DNA of 41,600 nt, taken from positions 1 to 41,600 of the forward strand of contig CAYVLA010000016.1 of NCBI GenBank assembly GCA_964452145.1. The letters are read 5' to 3'. The notes beneath the pieces are model-generated. The model ran no database searches. It was not told the DNA's origin and saw only the letters and a list, made by a program, of their open reading frames with translations. The number at the start of each line of letters is the position of its first letter. The stretch's first letter is position 1. The DNA is from Candidatus Hadarchaeota archaeon (GTDB lineage: Archaea; CAYQAE01; CAYVLA01). Below are positions 36,363-41,600 of this stretch, piece by piece. Both the position numbers and the translations under genes were made by a program.

Positions 36363-37760
36363 ATGGAGCGAACGGAACCAGCGATCGGGCTCCTCACCCT
36401 GATGTTCAAGCTGTATGATGCATTGCCCACTCTGGAGCCCGAGATGGCCGAGTTCGCGGAGAGACTCTCCGCGCAGATCGGCGAATGGGCGCGCGTGGAA
36501 TGGCCTGGAGTGATGAAGACCCGGGACGATGTGACCAGGACCGTTGGCATCTTCGAGCAACGGGACGTGGATCTGATCGTGGTCGTGTTTCTGACCTATG
36601 CCCCGAGTCACGTAGCCCTCCGGGCCCTCACAAGAGCCGGGCTGCCGGTGCTTGTGTTCAACACCCAGAGGCTTCATGGGGTTTCCCCGGATATGGATCC
36701 CGAGGACCTGATCCGTAACCACGGCATGCACGGAGTCCAAGATCTCTGCAACGTGCTGCGGAGGGCCGGGAAGAAGTTCGTCCTCGTCACGGGTCACTAC
36801 GAGGATGAGAATGCCCTTGCAGAGATCAAGGAATGGACCCGGGCAGCCCATGTTCTGAGGTTCCTGAGGCGGTGCCGGATTGGGGCGATCGGCCACCCCC
36901 TCGAGCAGATGGGCGATGTTGCCCTTGACGAAACCCTGCTCATGGCCCAGCTCGGCGCCGAGATCAAGCATCTCTCCCAGAGAGAGCTAGCCCGGTTGGC
37001 CCGTGAGGCGCCCAGAGTGGAGATAGAGTCCCAGATGTCGAAGGACCGCACAAGATTCTCGTTGGCCCAGGATGTCACGGAGGAAGAGCACGAAGCCAGC
37101 TCCAGAATTGAGTGGGCCGTGAGGGAGATGGTTCGCAGGGAGAAGTTGGACGGGTTCACAGCCAACTTCATGGCTGTCTCGGAGGAGGCCTTGATGCAGA
37201 CGCTTCCCTTCCTTGCCTCCTCCAAGATGCTCGAGGAGGGATATGGCTACGCAGGGGAAGGGGATGTCCTCACGTCGGTTGCAGTTGCCGTGATGCAGAG
37301 GCTTGCGGGCCGGGCGGATTTTACGGAGATGTTCACCATGGACTTCGCAGGAAATGCAGTGCTGATGAGCCACATGGGGGAGGGCAATCCCTCCATGGCA
37401 AGGGACGACCAGCCCGTCGACATGGTCGGCAGCAAGCTTGGCCTAGTCGACCTTTCACTCAGGCCCTTGCTCCTCCGTTTCGCCCTCAGGCCCGGGCCGG
37501 TGACACTTGTCAACATCACCACCGCGCCCAGCTCCAAGATGAAGCTCATCTGCGCCGAGGGAGAGGTGGAGGACTTCCCAACTATAGCGGGCGTGATGAC
37601 TCCACACTTCAAGTTCAAGCCAGGAAGGTATCTGCCGGATTTCCTGACCGATCTGAGCAAGGAGGGTTGTTCCCATCACTTCGCGCTTGCTTACGGTTGG
37701 CACTCATCGGTGCTCGCAAAGATCGCCGAACTGGCCGGGATGGAGTTCTCCCGAGTCTAG
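36363..37760 (+). CDS. L-arabinose/L-fucose isomerase-family protein (AraA-like)
   Basis: NHGMHGVQD, GYGYAGEGD, FTEMF, SHMGE and SHHFA contain the Glu/Glu/His/His metal ligands. Confidence 0.88.
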   Translation: MERTEPAIGLLTLMFKLYDALPTLEPEMAEFAERLSAQIGEWARVEWPGVMKTRDDVTRTVGIFEQRDVDLIVVVFLTYAPSHVALRALTRAGLPVLVFNTQRLHGVSPDMDPEDLIRNHGMHGVQDLCNVLRRAGKKFVLVTGHYEDENALAEIKEWTRAAHVLRFLRRCRIGAIGHPLEQMGDVALDETLLMAQLGAEIKHLSQRELARLAREAPRVEIESQMSKDRTRFSLAQDVTEEEHEASSRIEWAVREMVRREKLDGFTANFMAVSEEALMQTLPFLASSKMLEEGYGYAGEGDVLTSVAVAVMQRLAGRADFTEMFTMDFAGNAVLMSHMGEGNPSMARDDQPVDMVGSKLGLVDLSLRPLLLRFALRPGPVTLVNITTAPSSKMKLICAEGEVEDFPTIAGVMTPHFKFKPGRYLPDFLTDLSKEGCSHHFALAYGWHSSVLAKIAELAGMEFSRV

Positions 37761-39259
37761 CACAGGGTCTCGAACCCGCCTGAGACCTTCCAGAAGAGGT
37801 CCTTGTAGGAGGGAAGGATTTCGCGGTACCGCTCGGATCTCTCTTCGTCCGGATACACCGCGAGGCTGTCCGGCGCAATCGCATCTACGGCTTCACGGTA
37901 ATTAGGAGAGGACCCCGAGCCCACCGCCGCTATCGCGGCAGCCCCAATGCAGGCCGCCTCCTGTATTCGCGGAATCCTGATGGGCATGCCGAGGATGTCC
38001 GATATGATCTGAGGCCATAATGCGCTTCTCGATGCGCCGCCTGTCATGCAGACGGATCTCGGCTCTATCCCGAGATCCCTGAAGGTCTCAACGTTCCAGG
38101 CCACTTCGTATCCAATGCCCTCCAGAAGGGCCCTGAACAGGTGGGCCGGTTGGTGGTGAAGGCTAAGTCCCAGTATGGCCGCTTTCGAGGATGATTGCCA
38201 GGTCGGCGCCGTGGAACCCAGGAAGTGCGGGACGAAGAAGAGCCCCTCCGAGCCCGGAGATATGCTGCCTGCCTCCCTCTCTATGGATTCATAGAATGAT
38301 CCCTCGTCGAAGCCCCTGTACACATGCTTGCCGAAGGCCTCTCCGAGCCATCTCACCCCTGCCCCTGCGGCGGGCAGAGAACTCATCAGACCCCATTTGC
38401 CCGGGATGACGTGCCTTCCCGGCGCAAGGTAGCTGCGGACGTCGAACACCGGCTTATCAGAATTCAGGAGGAGAACCCATGCCGTACCTCCCGACAGCGT
38501 GAGGTCCCCCTCCAGCAGGGAACCCGAGCCAAGCGATGCACAGTACTGGTCGTGAGCCCCGTTAACCACCACGGTTCCACCGGGAAGTCCCAGTTCCTCT
38601 CTCAGTTGGCTCGACACCTCGCCTAGAAGGCAGCCAGAATCCCGGACGGGTGGAAGCTGGGATTCGGACACACCGGCGAGTTCAAGGAGTTCCTCGTCCC
38701 ATTCACCCTTCTGGAGATTGTAGAGCTGAGTGATGCTGGCACTTGACGGGTCGGTTGCCCATTCGCCGCAGAGCTTGTACGTCACGTAGTCGCCCACGAA
38801 CGCGAATTTTTCGATCTGCTGGAAGTATCTGGGCGATTCGTCCCGGAGCCAGCATATCTGGAGGAAGGGGAGGCAGTTGCTCAGCTGCCATCCCGTCTTG
38901 AGGTAGAAGAAATCCCTACCGAACCTCTCAACAAGCCGTCTGGCCTGTGCCTTGGCTCGGTGGTCCATCCAGACGATGGCCTTGCCAAGCGGGCTCCATT
39001 TGCCGTCGAGGGGTATCAGGGTGGCTCCCTGGCTCGAGATGCTCGTCGCCAGTGAGCCGGCTTTGAGCCCCGCCGTCTTCACGATCTCCCGTACGGCTCC
39101 CTTTGTCTCAGCCCAGACCTGCTCGGGGTCCTGTTCCACTTGATCAGGACCTGGGAGATCCAGAGGATAACCTCTCCGGGCCATCAGCGTGCCGCCCGAA
39201 GAATCGGAGAGCAAGACCTTCACGGCGGTTGTTCCGACATCGATTCCAAGGAGGCTCAT
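37757..39259 (-). CDS. FGGY-family carbohydrate kinase (xylulokinase-like)
   Basis: GIDVGTTAVK, EQDP, AIVWMDHRA, GAHDQ, RALLEG and TGGASRS motifs. Confidence 0.92.
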   Translation of the reverse strand: MSLLGIDVGTTAVKVLLSDSSGGTLMARRGYPLDLPGPDQVEQDPEQVWAETKGAVREIVKTAGLKAGSLATSISSQGATLIPLDGKWSPLGKAIVWMDHRAKAQARRLVERFGRDFFYLKTGWQLSNCLPFLQICWLRDESPRYFQQIEKFAFVGDYVTYKLCGEWATDPSSASITQLYNLQKGEWDEELLELAGVSESQLPPVRDSGCLLGEVSSQLREELGLPGGTVVVNGAHDQYCASLGSGSLLEGDLTLSGGTAWVLLLNSDKPVFDVRSYLAPGRHVIPGKWGLMSSLPAAGAGVRWLGEAFGKHVYRGFDEGSFYESIEREAGSISPGSEGLFFVPHFLGSTAPTWQSSSKAAILGLSLHHQPAHLFRALLEGIGYEVAWNVETFRDLGIEPRSVCMTGGASRSALWPQIISDILGMPIRIPRIQEAACIGAAAIAAVGSGSSPNYREAVDAIAPDSLAVYPDEERSERYREILPSYKDLFWKVSGGFETLC

Positions 39260-39365
39260 TTGCCACCCAGCCTCACGTTTCAAGACCAGGCCTGCCGCTC
39301 GGCTTCGGGTCCGAATTCCGAACTAACCATATAAGAGCTTTGGTCAAGGTCGCTTCATATCTGGC

Positions 39366-40205
39366 ATGAACCCAGGAGAGGCAAACCCCCAGCCGGCAAA
39401 TCCTTCGGATAGGACCCATCTACTGATGCGACTACTCGGCCACACCGGGTCCCAGGGATCGCTTAGGGAGGTCGGGCGAGACAAACTCGCCCAGGTCGTA
39501 GCTTTTCTCCCTCTCCTAAAGGACGTGCTGGCAAGGACTGGGAGAAGGACGAGGCTGAACGTTCTCGAATGCGCCTGTGGCAAAGGGCATCTCAGCCTCT
39601 TGCTGAACCAGATGCTCTCGGAGGCCGTCGGGCGCGACGTCCACTGGATTGGGATCGATTCGTCATCGGTGCTGATAGGCAAGTGCAGGGCCATTGCCGA
39701 GAGCATGGGCTTCACCAATGTCGAGTACCATCGATCGAGCATCCTCGACTACGAGGATGACCGACCGATCCCGGTCCTCATCGCCCTCCACGCCTGCGAC
39801 ACGGCCACCGACGAGGCGATCGTAAAGGCCCTGCAACTGGGCTGCAGGTTCGTCTTCTTGGTGCCCTGCTGTCAGAGGGAGGTATCCAACCAGTTGCGGG
39901 CCATCCGGGATCCGAGGTATCTGCCAATGATCGGGAACTACACCCACAGGAAGATCCTCGGTACCTTACTTACGGACTCGCTCAGAAGACTCGCTCTGGA
40001 GAGCTTCGGGTATGAAACGGATGTCTTCGAGTACGTGTCGGTGAGGAGGACCGAGAAGAACATCATGATGAGGGCCGTCAGGGGGACAAGGATCCGACGG
40101 GAATCCTGGGAGCTCTTCAGGACCACGCTGGATGACCTGCATCTAGACCTGACGCTTGACAGACTGCTGAGGGAAAGGGGAATCCGCCCTTCGTTCGCCG
40201 GTTAG
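39366..40205 (+). CDS. SAM-dependent methyltransferase (Methyltransf_32-like)
   Basis: LECACGKGHL, IGID, ALHACDTATD, VPCC and TD.LR...LE..GY...TEKN motifs. Confidence 0.85.
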   Translation: MNPGEANPQPANPSDRTHLLMRLLGHTGSQGSLREVGRDKLAQVVAFLPLLKDVLARTGRRTRLNVLECACGKGHLSLLLNQMLSEAVGRDVHWIGIDSSSVLIGKCRAIAESMGFTNVEYHRSSILDYEDDRPIPVLIALHACDTATDEAIVKALQLGCRFVFLVPCCQREVSNQLRAIRDPRYLPMIGNYTHRKILGTLLTDSLRRLALESFGYETDVFEYVSVRRTEKNIMMRAVRGTRIRRESWELFRTTLDDLHLDLTLDRLLRERGIRPSFAG

Positions 40206-40236
40206 GCTCTAAGATCACTGCACGGGCATGATGACC

Positions 40237-41430
40237 CTAGGACAGGAGCCGTTTCTCACCCTCAAGTTTCCGGATCTGGGTCACGTCCTGGCTGACCTCG
40301 ATGCAGCCCAGATAGGCGCCCGCTTGGTTGCGAACCGGGAAATACCGGATATGCACAAGACGACCCTTCAGATCTATCCAGAACTCGGCAACCTCCCTCC
40401 TGCCGTTCCTGAAGTCGTCAAGGATCTGATTCACAACGTGAAGGCTCTTCTGAGGATGACACTGTTGAACCTTTCGTCCGATGACCGCCGCCGTTCTGAC
40501 GAATATGCGGTCCTTGCCCTGAGTGAAGTAGCGGACCGTGTCATCCTTGTCTACGAAGGTAACGTCGACGGGCAAGGTGTTGAGGATCGCCTCCAGTTCC
40601 TCCCTCAAAAGTACTCCAGGGCCCAGGGAAATGCCCTGCGCGGGGGGTGCGTGCGCCTCGGCTGCCTCCGCGGGAGGCTTTGGCTGCTCCGGAGTGAAAC
40701 AGCAGTAACCGATCTCGTCGAACTGAGCTCTGACATCGCGCCACTCTGCGTCACCGATCACCTTCATCGCCGTCGGGAAAAGGATGTTGTTCTCCTTGTA
40801 GAAGTGGCTTGAGAGCATTTCCCCCAGACTTGTACTTGATGAACGAAGGTCTGCAGCTGATCGCTTGGAGGGCTCCGATTTCCAGGCATCGACCAAGGCA
40901 TAGAGGCTCTTCTTCATCTCCCTGATCTTGTCATGTTCGGTCCACATCACGGCCGGTGGCTGAGTGATGCCGTGCTTCTCCAGGTAGGGGAACAGCACGT
41001 TCTCCTCTCTAACATAGTGGCTCTCGGATTCCTTGAGATGATGCAGCACATCATCCAGGTCGTCCAGATCGGTCTCGTTCGGGGGGGCCCCGGAGACAAA
41101 TCGTTTCGCAAGTTCCCTCAGCATGTCAGCGAAACCCAGTACCATGGAATGCTCTTCCATGAGGATTCGGATGGGATGTCCTGGTGGCGCCTCAACTCTT
41201 TGCTTGTCGAGCGACTCTTTGAACACTGCCAGATGGATGTCGCAAAGACTCTGGATCTGCTCCCTGGGAAGCCCCTCTCGTATCAGTTCTTCCTCAAGTT
41301 GGGCTATCTCCGTTGGGGAGGCCGAACTCAGTATCTCCTTGAACCTGGATCTCACGCTCTCCGGGCTCGCGCCTCGGTGCAGATCTCGAATGATCTCCTT
41401 AAGCACCCGCTTCCTCTCATCATTGGTCAA
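40237..41430 (-). CDS. DUF438 + hemerythrin + PAS domain protein
   Basis: LKEIIRDLHRG, LCDIH, GHP...EH, HYVREENVLFP, MWTEHD, KENNILFP, LPVDVTFVD and CHPQKS motifs. Confidence 0.92.
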   Translation of the reverse strand: MTNDERKRVLKEIIRDLHRGASPESVRSRFKEILSSASPTEIAQLEEELIREGLPREQIQSLCDIHLAVFKESLDKQRVEAPPGHPIRILMEEHSMVLGFADMLRELAKRFVSGAPPNETDLDDLDDVLHHLKESESHYVREENVLFPYLEKHGITQPPAVMWTEHDKIREMKKSLYALVDAWKSEPSKRSAADLRSSSTSLGEMLSSHFYKENNILFPTAMKVIGDAEWRDVRAQFDEIGYCCFTPEQPKPPAEAAEAHAPPAQGISLGPGVLLREELEAILNTLPVDVTFVDKDDTVRYFTQGKDRIFVRTAAVIGRKVQQCHPQKSLHVVNQILDDFRNGRREVAEFWIDLKGRLVHIRYFPVRNQAGAYLGCIEVSQDVTQIRKLEGEKRLLS

Positions 41431-41587
41431 ACGCCTGCCTCCTTCCCGTTCCCTTCATTCCGTCTGTCGTGTGGACGGCGGCCGGCCACGGGTCTCCTTC
41501 CTGTAGCAGTTCCACCCCCCGCTGAAAAAGATGAGCCGACTCGGCGAGGGCGGTGCAGATTGGGTGGGTGTTCTTGAAGGGTGGTGA

Positions 41588-41600
41588 CCGAAAGATATTT
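41588..41600 (+). promoter_or_regulatory. Putative BRE-TATA for a gene beyond the window
   Basis: CCGAAAGATATTT at the window end, matching the CGAAA-N-TTAT pattern seen elsewhere in the window. Confidence 0.4.

Noticed and set aside
8127..40239. Pyrrolysine read-through suggested by the many TAG stops and the methyltransferase-related genes
   Set aside because: TAG falls at natural family C-termini and often overlaps a convergent gene. No split gene or pyl gene is visible.
1..41600. CRISPR arrays, IS elements, integrases, att duplication of the tRNA 3' end, and the many antisense ORFs of 60-270 aa
   Set aside because: I saw no regularly spaced repeats, transposase or integrase motifs, or tRNA-end duplicate by eye. 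Antisense ORFs are expected in GC-rich coding DNA.

Overview
Archaeal chromosomal window with high GC, dense genes, BRE/TATA-type promoters and many TTG starts. PriS, Lhr, type II MetAP and the tRNA are archaeal-type; PriS most resembles the Thermococci/Methanobacteria type, which is an inference from motifs only. In order, it contains: the 3' part of an Mrp/Mnh-type antiporter operon ending in an MnhG-DUF47 (PhoU-like) fusion; a TctA-family permease; membrane-anchored class I GATase-like proteins; a URO-D/methyltransferase-family gene convergent with a RACE/DUF4445 corrinoid activator; priS-lhr; a coiled-coil protein; TrkA_N-DHH; PRC-barrel; an M50 protease; tRNA-Leu(CAA); a lipoprotein; a stand-alone DUF47; an alpha/beta hydrolase; a sulfatase-family gene; an Eis-like GNAT; a large glycoside hydrolase-like gene; map; a protein with a PEF-CTERM-like tail; a decayed PhoU-like gene; arsC and trxB; a sugar aldolase/amidohydrolase/isomerase/kinase cluster; a methyltransferase; and a DUF438-hemerythrin-PAS protein. 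I saw no CRISPR array, rRNA or mobile element. The best candidate for an undescribed system is the Mrp-like complex: it carries a fused PhoU-fold domain and has lost conserved charged residues in both the proton path (MrpD) and the Na+ path (MrpF and the MrpA-C/MrpB parts). Other highlights are a 25-nt BHB-type intron in the variable arm of tRNA-Leu, a sulfatase with Thr at the formylglycine position, a MetAP with an Ebp1-like Glu-to-Asp ligand change, and stop codon usage dominated by TAG with no TAA. All family calls are from motif recognition by eye, with no database searches.
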